Below are positions 1 to 13,225 of a DNA stretch of 64,000 nt, piece after piece. How positions within the stretch are numbered: position 1 is the stretch's first letter; each line of letters opens with the position of its first letter. The stretch is from Amoebophrya sp. A120 (Eukaryota > Protista > Dinoflagellata), in NCBI GenBank assembly GCA_905178155.1, contig CAJINV010000004.1, positions 11,019,655 to 11,083,654 of the forward strand, given 5' to 3'. A model generated the notes under the pieces. That model did no database searches. It worked only from the letters and a program-made list of their open reading frames with translations, and was not told where the DNA came from. The position numbers were made by a program, and so were the translations under genes.

Positions 1-196
1 CGAAATCAATCAGCCCGTCCTGGAAATGGCAGATGCCTTTTGCGCTTGCCGAGATCTCGATAATTTCAGTCTTTTCTTTTTTTTGATAGCAGGAGCAGGA
101 ACAGGATCGTCCGGATCGTGTACAACATATTTTTGATGATCATTTTCCTAGCCTCTTGTCTTCTCACAACTCTTGAAACCGCTTTTCTTTCCAGAA

Positions 197-1380
197 TCAA
201 AACCCGTCCATTTCGTAGGCGAGGGTGAGTTTTTGGTTCGCGGGTCGGTAGGTGACGGTCATGCCCTTCACGGTGTATTGGGCGTACATGCTGCCGCCGG
301 ACAGTTTGGTGCTACCGAAGGCCGTGCAGCAGTCACCGTAGTTTAGGTCGCCCACCACCGCGCGGGTGTTTTCCGTAAACACGGGGGGGTCTATTTTGTC
401 GCGGGCGATGGCGTCCGCGAACAAGTACTTGAAGTCCGCCAGGGTAATGTTCATGTAAGACGCGGCTCCGTCGGGCACATACCTCGTTAGAGCGAGTGTG
501 AAGATGCAGACAACACCAAGCACGTACGCAATAAATAAGGTTACTGCGAAAAATCCATGCAGCAGAATCAGAATTTAAATTTTCTATTCATCGGCATCAC
601 GGCCTGTTCTTCTCAATAGATACCAGTGCTTGTAGCCGCCTTTCTTCGAGCACACAATCTTCAGACGGCTTTTGATGTCGTCGCCGATCTCCTTGCGCAG
701 GGCCCTCCCGCGCTGCGCGTCCGCCTTCTCCTGTTCCTTAGCCTGTTTCTGCTGTTCCTTCGCAGCCCGCTTCGCCTCCTTGTCCGCCGCCTTGTCGGCG
801 GCTTTTTTTTCCGCCTTGGCCTGTGTCGTTGTGGTTTTGCGTTTCAGAAAGTTATTGTGTCGCAGAGCCAGCCAAAACGCAAAACCATGGGGTTCTGTTG
901 AATCTTGCGAGCAGCTTTCATCATAGCTACTAGGTAACAGCGGCCAAACAAAGTTTGAGTTTGAGTTGGTGGGCGGAGCCAATGCATATGCAAATCATTT
1001 GACAAAAGTTGAAATGATGGGGTACCGCCGGAAACAACATCATAGTTATAAGCTTAATCAAAATTAATGATTATAATGATAGCGCTATGAAAAACAAAAA
1101 CCAAAACCTGCTTCGCAGCTAGCTGCTCTGCTGTGGGCTCTTTTTTCTGGCGCTTCGCCTTGGGCTTTTTGTCCGATGGCTGGTCTGCTGGCCGCTTGTT
1201 CCCCGGCGCCACGCCGGTGACAGCGGTCGAAGCAAGCGGACCATCGTGCTCTAGCAGCGCAGCGTCCTCTTGCTTCTTTACGACCGAAGAGACCAACTCA
1301 CCAAAAGGCACAGCGCCAGAACCTTCCAGCACTGGTCCTTGACCTTGAGATGAAGAGGCCGGCCCTCGCAACTCCGGCAT
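197..1380 (-). CDS. Hypothetical protein, 3 exons (1380-1108, 820-624, 482-197), ~251 aa, K/A/E-rich middle
   Basis: Three ORF-track fragments join through GT-AG introns (1107-821, 623-483) in matching phase: ...LAAKQ|AKAEK...YKHW|YVPDG...; spliced length 756 nt (multiple of 3). Confidence 0.7.
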
Positions 1381-1782
1381 GATCTGTGAACGCGAAGAGT
1401 TGCGCTACTTACTTTTTTACGTGTAGTTCGTTGTTTGTACTTGTGGAGGTTCATTCAAAATTCCATGAAATTGACCTCGTCAGAAGCCTTCCCGGTGCTG
1501 TTTGGGAAAAAAGAAAAACACTTCTAACCCGCTGACAATCGCGCACAGTAAACAAAGACATTGTAGCCTTCTCTCTGGTGATGCTGATACACAAACACAT
1601 CGAAGCTCTTCGTCCTCTCGTCCTCTCAGCCGCTCTTCTTCTTCTTGTCTAAGCCGTCTCGACATCATGATGATGACTCGTATTCGTAGTCCTAGTCTCG
1701 TCATCTTTTACTTACCGTGAAGCTCTTGGTCTTGGTCTTGTCGTGTCCATTTCGAATCTCGATTATATTTGCCGATCTACCC

Positions 1783-3655
1783 CGCGACAAAATTTGTCGT
1801 GCGATGTTGGTATCTACGCTTTCTGCAGCACCGCCGCGACAAAATTTGTCGCACGATGGTATGGTGGCCAAATGCTGCCATCTGAAGCACCGCCACGACA
1901 AAATTTGTCGTGGGAGGCAGGGCCGCGGCCGCCAATCTGCCTCCCGACAAAATTTGTCGTGGGAGGCAGGGCCGCGGCCGCCAATCTGCCTCCCGACAAA
2001 ATTTGTCCTGGCAGGGTTGGTATGGTAACTAAAAGCTGCCCTGCCTCTGGAGCACCACCACGACAAAATTTGTCGTGGGAAGCAGGGCCGCCAATCTGCG
2101 TCACGACAAAATTTGTCGTGGGATGGTGTGATGCCCAAAAGCTGCCAGCTGGAGCACCACCACGACAAAATTTGTTGTGGGAGGCAGGGTCGCCAAGCAA
2201 TCTGCCTCACGACAAAATTTGTCGTGGGATAGTATAGTTCCCAAAAGCTGCCTTCTGGAGCATCGCCACGACAAAATTTGTCGTGGGGGGCTGTGGCTCC
2301 CAAAAGCTGCCCTGAGCTGCCATCTGGAGCACCACCACGACAAAATTTGTCGTGGGAGGTAGGGCCAAATCTGCCTCACGACAAAATTTGTCGTGGGATA
2401 CAGGACCGCCAATCTGCCCCACGACAAAATTTGTCGTGCGATGCTACGGTGCGCAAAAGCTGCCCTCTGGAGCACCACCAAGACAAAATTTGTCATGGGA
2501 GGCAGGGCCGCCAATCTGCCTCACGACAAAATTTGTCGTGGGATGGTGTGGTGCCCAAAAGCTGGCATCTGGAGCACCGCCACGACAAAATTTGTCGTGG
2601 GAGGCAGGGCCAACAATCTGCGTCACGACAAAATTTGTCGTGGGATGGTGTGATGCCCAAAAGCTGCCAGCTGGAGCACCACCACGACAAAATTTGTTGT
2701 GGGAGGCAGGGTCGCCAAGCAATCTGCCTCACGACAAAATTTGTCGTGGGATAGTATAGTTCCCAAAAGCTGCCTTCTGGAGCATCGCCACGACAAAATT
2801 TGTCGTGGGGGGCTGTGGCTCCCAAAAGCTGCCCTGAGCTGCCATCTGGAGCACCACCACGACAAAATTTGTCGTGGGAGGTAGGGCCAAATCTGCCTCA
2901 CGACAAAATTTGTCGTGGGATACAGGACCGCCAATCTGCCCCACGACAAAATTTGTCGTGCGATGCTACGGTGCGCAAAAGCTGCCCTCTGGAGCACCAC
3001 CAAGACAAAATTTGTCATGGGAGGCAGGGCCGCCAATCTGCCTCACGACAAAATTTGTCGTGGGATGGTGTGGTGCCCAAAAGCTGGCATCTGGAGCACC
3101 GCCACGACAAAATTTGTCGTGGGAGGCAGGGCCAACAATCTGCGTCACGACAAAATTTGTCGTGGGATGGTGTGATGCCCAAAAGCTGTCAGCTGGAGCA
3201 CTACCACGACAAAATTTGTCGTGGGAGGCAGGGCCGCTAATCTGCCTCACGGCAAAATTTGTCGTGGGAGGGTATGGCACCCAAAAGCGGCCCTCTGGAG
3301 CACCACCGCGACAAAATTTGTCGTGGGAGGCAGGGCCGCCAATCTGCCTCACGACAGAATTTGTCGTGGGATGGTATAGTGCCCAAAAGCTGCCACCTGG
3401 AGCACCACCACGACAAAATTTGTCGTGGGAGGCAGGGCCGCCAATGATCTGCCTCACGACAAAATTTGTCGTCACGACAAAATTTGTCGTGGGAGGTAGG
3501 GTCGCCAATCTGCCTCCCAACAAAATTTGTCGTGGGAGGGTATGGTGACCAAAAGCTGCCATTTGGAGCACCGCAACGACAAAATTTGTCGTGGGAGGCA
3601 GGGCCGCCAATCTGGCGCACGACAAAATTTGTCGCGTGATGGTATGGTGACCAAA
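1783..3655. repeat. Array of ~37 palindromic units CACGACAAA-A-TTTGTCGTG with alternating short and long spacers; 522-bp higher-order repeat
   Basis: Counted by eye. Spacers are recurring variants of GAGGCAGGGCCGCCAATCTGCCT and GATGGTGTGATGCCCAAAAGCTGCCAGCTGGAGCACCA. Identical ORF translations recur at +522 (2101 vs 2623, 2177 vs 2699). Confidence 0.95.
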
Positions 3656-4119
3656 TGAGATTTGGTCGCCCTTTCAGCGATGAAACCGTGACAGAGGGTC
3701 GTCCATTGCATCTTCTGCGAATCAAGCTTCTTATTATCTTCCGTATATGGTATTCATTCATTCATCATTGTAGTATTCATCGAGTTCTTGAAGCACTTTT
3801 CGTTTTCGTTTTGGTACAACAATTTTTTTTGCATACGATTCTCGTCGACTTTTGCTTTTGATTTATTCGTCCTTCGTTCTGTATTTTTACGAGAGGGTGA
3901 AAATTCAAATGGAGCATTTAGATAAACTTAAACAGGTGCAGGTACAACTGGTCCGTAGACGAAACTTCACTCTTGCGGCACGTCGCTGCAGGCGCAGGTA
4001 CAAGTTCTAGGGTGGTAACGAGTGGGATTTTCATCAGACGAGAAGTTTGTTCACACACCGGAGCAGACTCCTAATATGCCGCGACCCTTCATCAAGCGTA
4101 GACGACCGGCTCAATGTGT

Positions 4120-7100
4120 TCACGCCAACTTCTCCATCGCGTGCACTTTCTGGACGATAACCTCCAGCGGTTCGTACGTTAGCGGAGTACTCGTGTCTGC
4201 CAACCGTGCGAAGAGTTGAGCTTTGCTGTTCGTCCCTGGAGGTGACACCATGGCGATTTGCGACGTAAATGTTGAGGATCCATTATTCATCTCGGAATCA
4301 GGTGCAGTTTTCCGCAGAATGAGCTCGATGTGCGTGTCACCGTAAAAGTGCGCACCGTCTCGTTCGTCCTGCGAAAACCCGGTGAGCAGCGGACAAGGCG
4401 GGTTCACTAGCCAATCCCGCAGTGCGGTAGTCGGCGACAGTTCCTGCTGGACGACCGGAGAATCATAGTGAATCTGCTGCTGGTGCTGCTGCAACAAGGG
4501 AAAACTGGAAGCAACTGCACCGGCTCCGGCACCTCTTGCCGCCAGCATCACGGACGAGGAGGTCGTGTTCTGCGAGTTGCTGCTAGAGAACACGACGTTC
4601 AGCGGGATCGCAGGCGTCAACGCCGGTACTGGAATCGGGCTGTGACGAAGTGGCGGTGCGGGAAGGAGAGGACCGCCGAAAGAAGAAGAACCACCAGAAT
4701 TTGGATTCATCATCAACAAGCCAGGTGGAGGTGGACCTCCTCCTCCAGAGGTTGATCCCGGCCAGGAGGCAATAGACGATGGCGATGGCTTTTGCTGTTC
4801 CAAATCCAACAAGCCGGGCGAGCTCAACTTTGGCGGTTGCGGCTGGACGCCGAGTTGCACCAGCGGTGGGGGCGCGACGGACGCGATAACGAAGTGACTT
4901 TCGCGAACCACAGGCGGGGCAGGTGCAAGACCAAGATGGTTCCGTATGCTGGTCTTTGAGCTCGACGTCGACCGCGAGTTACTACTAGATTTTCCGTTTA
5001 AAATCGTGCTAGGGGGCGCCGCGATGCGAACAGGATCAGCTCGTGGGGGCAAAACCGGCGCGGATAAGTCCTCGCGTTGCTCCTGCAAGTCTACCTTCTC
5101 CAAAAAGCTCGAGGAAAGGGAAAACGCGCCTTCCCGCGACCGCCGCAACGCACTCTCCACCTCTCGCTCCCGCGCTGTTAATCGCTGGTACTCTTCGAGC
5201 ATGTGCTGCGTCCTCTGCTGGTCCACTTCTTGATCCGACCGTCGGGTTGGGGGAAGGTTTGGGTTTTGCAGGGAATGCGAACGGTCTTTTGCGACTGGGA
5301 CTGCGACATCAAATGTTGATGCAGGGGGAGGCGCTGGTGGAGCAATCGCGCATTCGAATGCAGTTCGTCTTTGCGCTTCTTCCTGCTGCACGATGAGAGC
5401 TAATTCGTTTTCTGCTTCTACTTGAACTTGTTCCCTCGTCGGCAAAGCCGGCTCTTCATGCGGCGATGGGGCAGTTTGCGTCCTGGTCAGCGGATCATCT
5501 TCCTCTTCGTCTACTGGCAAGGAGACGACCGCAGTTTCCGGGGGGATCACTGGATCTCGTGGTGCAGATCCTGCCGCGCGAACGTCTTCGGGCGAATCCT
5601 GCTGCGCGATCATCTGTTCTTGATGCATTTTGATCTGCGTGCTGGTGTTTGGCAGTTCCGCTTCGCTGACACTTGCGTCCGGGAGCGCGCTGTCGATTTT
5701 CTGTTCTTCTGTCCGCAGCTTGACAAACTCCTCCTCTCCAACAATTTTGATCTGCGGCGATGCCTCGTGTGGCTCCACCACCACCCCTCGTAGTTGCAGC
5801 TCGGTCTCTGGTGCAGCAAGAGTTGGTTCTTTCTTTATCGGTGAACAACGAGAACCGGCAGCACTATCAAAGACAAAGTCATCTTGATGATCTTGCTGTG
5901 CCGCCGTGCGTTTCTGTTCTCGTTTTTCTGCTAGTACTGTCTTCTTCCCATCGACGACTTCTTCGTCAATGCGGTAAACGTCGGTTTGCTTTTCCTTTTG
6001 CGCAGCCCTTGTTTCCACCTCCAATGGCAGCTTCGTTGAAGAGCCGACATTTTGTTCTACTTGTTGCTCGACGCAGATGTCAGCTGTAGTACCGGCCGAG
6101 ACCACCACGCTTGGAGATGCCTTCTGCTTCTGCTCTGCTCCTACTTTGGGTTCATGATCGTCAGCTTGGAGGACATCGTCTAGTATTAATCCCTCTGCAC
6201 TCGTCGCAAGCGCATGATCGGCGTGGTCTTTCGATGCTCTACTGGTACTGCTAGACCTTGACGACGTTTGCTGCAATAGTGCCTCGACGCCGGCCGCCAG
6301 CTTTTCCATGTTCCCTAGCAAGAGCTCTGCCACCCGGTTGGGGTCAGTTAGCGAAGCCGCTGCTGCTTGTTCACCTGCAAGACCCGCAGGTAGGTCTAAG
6401 CTATCTCGTAGCTTTGCTTTCTTTATTGGTATTTCTTCTCTGGAGAGATCGACAGCACCACTCTTTCCTCCTGTCACGCTGGGGTTCGTTTCCGAGGTAG
6501 TACTGGATGGTAGGCTTTTCGCAGCCGTTGTGTAGATGCTTTTGGCTTTGACCACGGTTACAGAAGGCTTGCTGGCGGCCACTGGGGCAGCGGTAGACGA
6601 AGATGAAACAAGATGACGGTCTACGTCTGGGTCTGCCGCACCCTCTCCCGCCACGACGGCACCGGCAATTACCGCTGCATTTTTTTTGACATCTTCATCT
6701 GGATCTGGTAGGACCTCCTCGCTGCTCGGCTCGACCTCGTGCTTAGGGTCGGGCACAGATGAAACACTTTGCACAATTTCTTGGAAAGCAGTTGGGGCCT
6801 CGGCATAGTAGTGGAATCGGTTACTGGGAGTGGGCTGCTTTCCCCCGGCTCCTGGTCCTGCTGTTCCTGTTGCAATTGTCATGGCTGCACCATCCTGCTC
6901 GGGCTCGTGTTGCTGGTCCGCCTCCAAGACATCCTCCGCCTCATCCGCGGAGGACGCCGGTTCCAACCGGATTACATGCGGACCGTCGTTTCCTTCCTCA
7001 TTCGCGGCGACATCGCCCTCATCTCCGCTTTGCGGCACTGCTTGTCGCCGGTCCGGCAAGACGACCACCGCCTCCGAGCTGCTGGCCGACCCGCTGGCAC

Positions 7101-7836
7101 TCTGCGGCGCTTCGGTGTTCGTCTCCTCTCCGTCCTGTTCGCTCTCCTCAACCGCGGACAGCAGAGGAACGGGCTCCGTTTCGCCCTCGGAGGTCTTGCT
7201 GGCCGGTGGGAAAAGCTTGTTCTGGATGCCGAGCGTGGTTGAACTTGGCTTGTTGCTTTCGTCCGGCTTCTTGAAGCCGAACGCCTTAGGTTTCCGGTTC
7301 GGCGCGGGCAGGCCGGAGGCGACGCCCGTACTACTTGGCGCTTGTTGCTCGTCGCTGCCGGCACCGTCAACATCTGGGTGTTCGTAATCACAACATCATC
7401 ATAGTCATTTCTCTTCTAACTTCTTCTTGTTTTTGTCTTTACATCTACAAGAGATGACCAACGACAGCATCAACATGAGCTGCAGGCTATTCTTTTCGGA
7501 AGATCTTTTTCATGACAGCATCACAGCTGGCAACACAGCAGACTCCTTTCAATATACAAATACGTAGTACCTCGGATTCCATATTGTCCATTCTTACTTC
7601 TCGCGCCATCACCACCTGCTCCAGTCTTGTCGTAGTATTTGCTCCGCACGTAGGGGCTTTGGGGCGTGAACGCGTTCCTCGTTGTCCCGAGATCCACCGT
7701 GCGGATGGATTCGCTCGGTTGGTCCGGTGAGGCGCGACGCGGACTGCGGTACCCGGTGACGAGGTAGTTATGGTGGGCCTCGTGCTTTAACGTCTCCAAC
7801 TCGGTCGTTTGCTTCACGATCCGCTCGCGCTGCTGG
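4120..7836 (-). CDS. Large low-complexity (E/A/S/P-rich) hypothetical protein, at least 2 exons, 5' end unresolved
   Basis: 982-aa ORF whose frame stays open upstream to an acceptor near 7374; upstream exon ~7616-7836 (QQRERIVKQTTELETLKHE...) ends GCAG|gtgg in matching phase. No recognisable domain. Confidence 0.65.
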
Positions 7837-8596
7837 AGGCTGTGAATGTGATGAGATTGAGGTATAGAATTTGGAACCCTACTGCTCTGAGGATTTGTAC
7901 AGGCAAAAATAATGCACGAGCTGCAGGAGCAGATGCATCGGTCCGGCGACGAAGCGCATATATGAAAAGAGAAACCATCGCTGTCGTCCGGATCACATAC
8001 CAGTAATGCACGGAGCACCGTCCATATGATTATCACGATACTGCACTCGTCCTCGCAAGACTGAGACACACAACATTGTCACCGGATCTCTCCGCCCTCT
8101 CGAAGCAAAGACAAATCCATCACGAATAAGTGTTTGGTGCTTTCCCAACGAAATAAAACCACGAAGCGCTGCACAACTACTACGAGTACGAGAAGCGATC
8201 CGATCCGCTCTAAAGAGCGCGACTTCAAAAATAGCACCAGGTTTGCAACAAATACAAGTCCACCTTTGGGACGACACGAGGAGCGTTCTAATAGAACGCT
8301 CTATCGTGGTTCTATGGTTTATGACTTCGGAAAAATAAGCGCCAACAAAATGGTGTACAGGTTCATATATGTTCAGTGAGCAGGTGGGTTGAGATGAGGA
8401 TGCTCAATTCTATCGTGAATCAAGTTTCAAGTCAAATGGCAACGGGGGAAGAGTCTGAAAAATCAGGTTCTTTTCAATCATCAAAAAAATCAATCAATGC
8501 TTGTCGTGTGGTACAGCATGAAGTCATGTGCCGCAACATTGTCAAAAGCACAGGTTCACATCGATTTTTCGATTATCTCAAGAACTTTTCATCTCC

Positions 8597-9468
8597 TCAC
8601 AGCTTGAACTCGTCGTCCGAATCAAAGTCATCCTCTGGTCTGACTGGGGCGGGTCGTTTGTTGTTTTTGTTGATGCCCACCGGGTCGCAGACGGGATCGT
8701 CTGGGCCGGTGCCCTGGACGCTGCTCCCTGCGGTTTCGTTCACCAAATTTGCCTTCCGCGTCATCTTCTGGTCGCCGCTCGCACAGCCTCGGCACCCGCA
8801 GTGCTGGCACTCGATGATGCCCTTGTTGTGCAGCTTGTGGTTGGGGACGCGACAGATGCAGGTGGTCCCGTGGTTGCTGTCCTTCGGTTGATATCAAAAG
8901 TAAAAGTGTCTGGGTCTGGAAACTTGTGATGCTGGGTGGCGTCTCATGATGAGGCCACAAATGCTGGCTCAGCATGACAAGTTTCTGAGCTCCTAGGTGT
9001 TGCCTATTCTGCATGACAAACTGCGCTTTTGCATCACAGAAAAACGGGGCTCTTGGGTAACGTGCATGACAGACTTAAGAGTCATGCCAGACAAGCATGC
9101 CAAACATGAATTCTTCCAGACCCAGACATTTTTACAGTTGATAGTTGAATGCACTTCAAGCAGCAGAGCCGCTCGTACCCCGGCTTGCGCCACTTGGCGA
9201 TCAGAGAGGCATTTACGTACTTCTCCTCGACCAGCCAGTCGTACAGCTCCTTCGTGATCTTTTTCTGTCGGTAGTACAGTTCGTAGATGTAGCGCGACTG
9301 CTGGTGCTCGATGCGAAAGATGGGCCACTGCGCCTCGTTTCTTCTCTTGCCCTCGTGGGACTCGTTCACCGCCTCAGTCATCTTCTGCTGCAACTCCATC
9401 AGAACCCCCTCCACGTCCTCAAACCCCGCCGGCGGCGGCTTCGTGCGCAGGGTGCGGATTTTCGGCAT
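8597..9468 (-). CDS. BUD31: BUD31/G10 spliceosome-associated protein (~204 aa), split by one introner
   Basis: MPKIRT...[19 protein letters not shown]...[20 protein letters not shown] joins [15 protein letters not shown]...[12 protein letters not shown] after removing 8892-9143 plus one TSD; hallmark Cys-rich G10 motifs; spliced length 615 nt. Confidence 0.95.
8892..9143. mobile_element. Introner, family A (252 bp), TSD GTTGA
   Basis: TIR TATCAAAAGTAAAAGTGTCTGGGTCTGGAA / TTCCAGACCCAGACATTTTTACAGTTGATA; TSD at 8887-8891 and 9144-9148; removal restores the BUD31 frame. Confidence 0.95.
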
Positions 9469-10181
9469 GACGTAGTGGTTTTGATCGATGGGTTGTCGAG
9501 TCAAGTGAAGATTTCTTTCGCAAAAAAATAGCGTTGCTCTACTTTTTCGGTGGGGGCTAAGAAATAAGACGATGCGTGACTATAATGATGACGTTGCGTG
9601 GTTTCTTCGCCAAAATTATATTATGGACCCCTATACTAGATCAACAACATTTTCGCGACTCCTTGACCTAATGCTAATTATGCCGTCAATTTTGGTCCTG
9701 GAAATCAAAATCATTCAAGGCGAAAGTGAAACTGATGTCAAAGAGATACTTAGGCTGAGCTTGAGATTTTCGTTTACTTGGTCTGCGGAAGATGATTTCT
9801 GCTACATGAGCATGCCAGTGCTTAAAAAGCATTTTTCTTGTATGTTTTTCTGACTTCATTTGTCAACTGTAGCTTTGTTTACCAGTACTGTTTTTCTTCG
9901 TAGAAAAACGAGCTGCACGAAGATAAATTTGGAACCACGAAGATTTGATTTGCATTTGGATTTCGCGTTGGAATTTCTCAGGATCCCCTCACTGTGGCAA
10001 GTTTGTGTGTCGGGCAGTGTGCTTCTGATATTTTTCCTAAACCCTTTTCATGATTTTCTACGATCTGCATTTACGCATGGTGTAGAAAGAGATGTCGATG
10101 TACAAGTAGGTGCACTAGCACGTGGTGATAGGGATGGAAATGGATAGTTCTTATCTATACATGACTTCGCGGCTTCGCTCG

Positions 10182-13164
10182 TTATTCGCGGTCACAACGT
10201 TTGAAAATGCAAGTTGCTTCTTGGGTAGAAGATTTTCGTTTGTGTTCTAATATGTAAGCACGAGGTGGAGGTCCACAAGCCGTATATATGTTGTGATCAA
10301 CTTCAACATCACCATGCTCGTAGTACGCCCTACCGTGTGGTCTGTCAAACAAGTGACATTTGGCAGAAAAAAAAAGGTTTACTAAGACTTGAGCCAAGCA
10401 GCTTTTGACAAGGAGGACTCGGGGATGGGGAATGAGAGCAAAGATGCATGAGAGCATGCAGTTTCAGAATGAACATGCTGCATATGAATAATGCGCCAGT
10501 ACATTCTAGCGGAAGAGACGTCGAGGGCACCAAACAAATCGACAAGAAATGCAAAGATAAACAAAGCAAAGGGAGGACACGCAGAGGTATCCATATAGAA
10601 AAATACTTTTCGGTCTCCAGCAGCGCCACGCGGTTTTCGTAAAATTGCAGTGCATTCCGAAAATTTCCTGTTGTCACCCTGATGCGCGGGTAGTTCATCT
10701 GCATGCCGTGCTTTACGCAGGCTTTGAACGTCGCCTCGGGCGTGTTGGTTTTCTGGTACGTGGCCATCGCAAACCACGTGTCGATCCCAGCGCCGAGCCT
10801 GGCGTTGTTTTGTTTCACGAAATCCACAGGAAAGTAGCACTCGTACCCGCCGACCCCCGCACCACGTTTTTTAATCATGATTCGCACGTACTCGCCGCGG
10901 AAAAGCGGGATCGGCACCGGTTCCGCGGTCAAGATGCGCGCGTTGGTGTAGGTGTTGTTCTGAAACGTGATCTCGCTGTACGCGTCCACTGGTAAGTTGT
11001 CGTACCCCTCAATCCGCAGCGCCACCGTTTCCGCGACAAACGCCACACTCTGGGGGTTGGGCGGGTTGCCGCAGAAACCCTTGACCAGATTCTGATTCGT
11101 GCCAACGTCCGTGCAGTCCGGAAGCAGGGGCTGGGAGATGTTGTGGGACATCAATCGGGTAGTTTCTTGCTCAGGTTGTACGTGATTGCCTTCATCGTTC
11201 CCTTCACCTTCTACGACATTCACGGTCACGGGTGGTGTGGTGCCCTTTTGTTGCGACGAGAAAGTGTGCGCCGTGTAGCGGGGCAGGTGTTTCTATCCAG
11301 GAAAAAACACCCATCCCCATCCATTTTTTGCATGACAAATAGTGGATTTTATGCATGTTTTGCATGACAAATTGGATGGGGATGGGTGTTTTTTCGTGGA
11401 TAGTTTCTGCTTTCGCTCATTCGTCCACATGGCGGAGGCAGAGGGAGCAATCTGGGTTGATAGCAGTTGCGCATCCGAAAGTTGTCCAGAAGTAGGGGCT
11501 CCTTGCTGACCACCACGAACGGTGCTGGTCGGAGGTGGAAAGTCGTCTTCTACAACCATCTGTTTTGACAGCCGCTTCTCCGTGACCTGCAACACCGGTT
11601 TCGTATCTCCTGCAATTATCGAGGAAGATGACGCAGTTGCGGCCACTGTAGCGAGCCGCGCTCCACTGTCTAGGTCCACTTCCCCGACCCCCACTTCTGC
11701 TCCGGACAAAAATCTTTGCACGACGAAGGGATTTGGCTTCTTCGGTGAGGGTAATGCTTCTTTGCTCGTACCTCCACCCTGTCTACTCAAGCTCTCCGCG
11801 TCGCTGCTGCCGAATTGCGAAGATTGCTTGGAATTTCTCTTCTGCACGAAGTCCGCTGTCTTGCTTAACACAGACACGCTGCGCCGATTGCCCCCTATCA
11901 TGCCCGCCGACGCGTTATTTCCACTGAGCATGATCCCCCGTGGCGTGTTCAGCGGCCCAGAGCTTGTCTGCTGCTGAAACGTGTCCGCGCTCAATCTTCG
12001 TGGCGTCACCAGCGTGATGGGCTGCACTTTCATCAGTCGCTGGGGCACACGCAAGAGCGGCAGGCGGCCGTTCGTAGCAACAGCAGCTCCACTCGCCGCG
12101 TATTGTAGGGAGGCGGGGTCGCAAGAGACGGACCGGATGTTGGCTGCTGCTGATGGTGCTCCACCGGGCAGAACTTGATGCAAGCTTGTCGTGGACTCTC
12201 TCCTGCTATCGGGGGCGAACACACTGGACGGCGCCACGGAGGATGTCGCCGCGTTAATACCGACGTTGTATGGATCAACCATGCCCAGCTTCGATCCCGC
12301 TCCGCCCCCGCCAGCGAGAGAGGTCGCCCTTCGAGTACCGTTGTTCCAGTCGGACGAGTCAAACTCACTGACCCGCGAGCCCCGCGCCGACATCGGGCCG
12401 CCCCACCCGTTTCCAAGCAGCGCCTCTCGGGCGGCAAACGCGCGGCTCGCGTCGGCCATTTGCCGCGCACTGGTGATTGGGGGGGAGGAATTGATAGAAG
12501 TACTTGGTTGTGGTCCAACAGCAGCTGCACTGGGGACGACGCCATTCAGGGAAAACGAATTGTTCAGCTTGTGCACGATCAGCGACGACACGTAGTTTGC
12601 GGGCGGGGATCCGCTCAATGTGCTGGTCTTTGAGGACGGCGCTACAACCTTCGAACCCGAAGGGTGGGGCGTGCTCTCCGCCCCCCCTCGTCGGTGTGGT
12701 CCTCCGCTAGTCGGATCCTGGTCCTTGATCGCGGAGGCAAGGGACCGGATTCCCTTCCCGATGACCGTCGTTTTGGACGTTGCTTTTAAAACGGTTTTGG
12801 AAGACTGTTTCGTTTCCGGAAACGGGATGGTGGGAAGATGCCCGGGTTTCGCGATTGTTTTAGAAGCGGTCCCCGTGGAAATATTTTGTGTCTCATCTGA
12901 CGAAGAAGATCCACCGCTGACAATCTGCACAACTCGGGGCGATGAACTCCGACGCGGCTCTTGCGAGTAGTCCTCAGGGGGAAACATGGCCTCCCCTTCG
13001 GCTCGTTGTTCTCGTTGTCCCGCACTGCTTCTCCTTAGTGGGCTGCGCGCGGTCGCGGCAAGCACAAATTGCCCACCACCTGTCGTGCTGCCAGAACCTA
13101 CGTTAGCAGAGGGACGGGCAGTCGCAGCTGCAAGTGCGGGCTCGGTGCCGGCGTCGGAAGACAT
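10182..13164 (-). CDS. Hypothetical protein: long S/G-rich N-terminus and a globular C-terminal region; 3' exon uncertain
   Basis: 623-aa and 294-aa ORFs fuse in frame (KQK|HLPRYTAH) after removing introner 11294-11402; probable GT donor at 10606 and a further exon ~10341-10182. Confidence 0.7.
11294..11402. mobile_element. Introner, family E (109 bp), TSD GTTTC
   Basis: TIR TATCCAGGAAAAAACACCCATCCCCATCC / GGATGGGGATGGGTGTTTTTTCGTGGATA; TSD at 11289-11293 and 11403-11407. Confidence 0.93.
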
Positions 13165-13225
13165 CGGGGCGCTTTGCGGCCTGAAATTTGTTGTAGAGCC
13201 TATTATATTGCATACTAATATTCAC

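Noticed and set aside
1783-3655. True CRISPR array
   Set aside because: Spacers are recurring variants of two types rather than unique, no cas genes are present, and the context is intron-containing eukaryotic DNA.
1700-3750. TIR/TSD pair enclosing the palindrome array
   Set aside because: Only a weak GAAGCT match between the flanks; no convincing inverted ends or duplication found.
1701-3761. Many ORFs with HDKFCR / RQILSW / TTNFVV repeats
   Set aside because: They appear in all six frames as a by-product of the stop-poor palindromic array.
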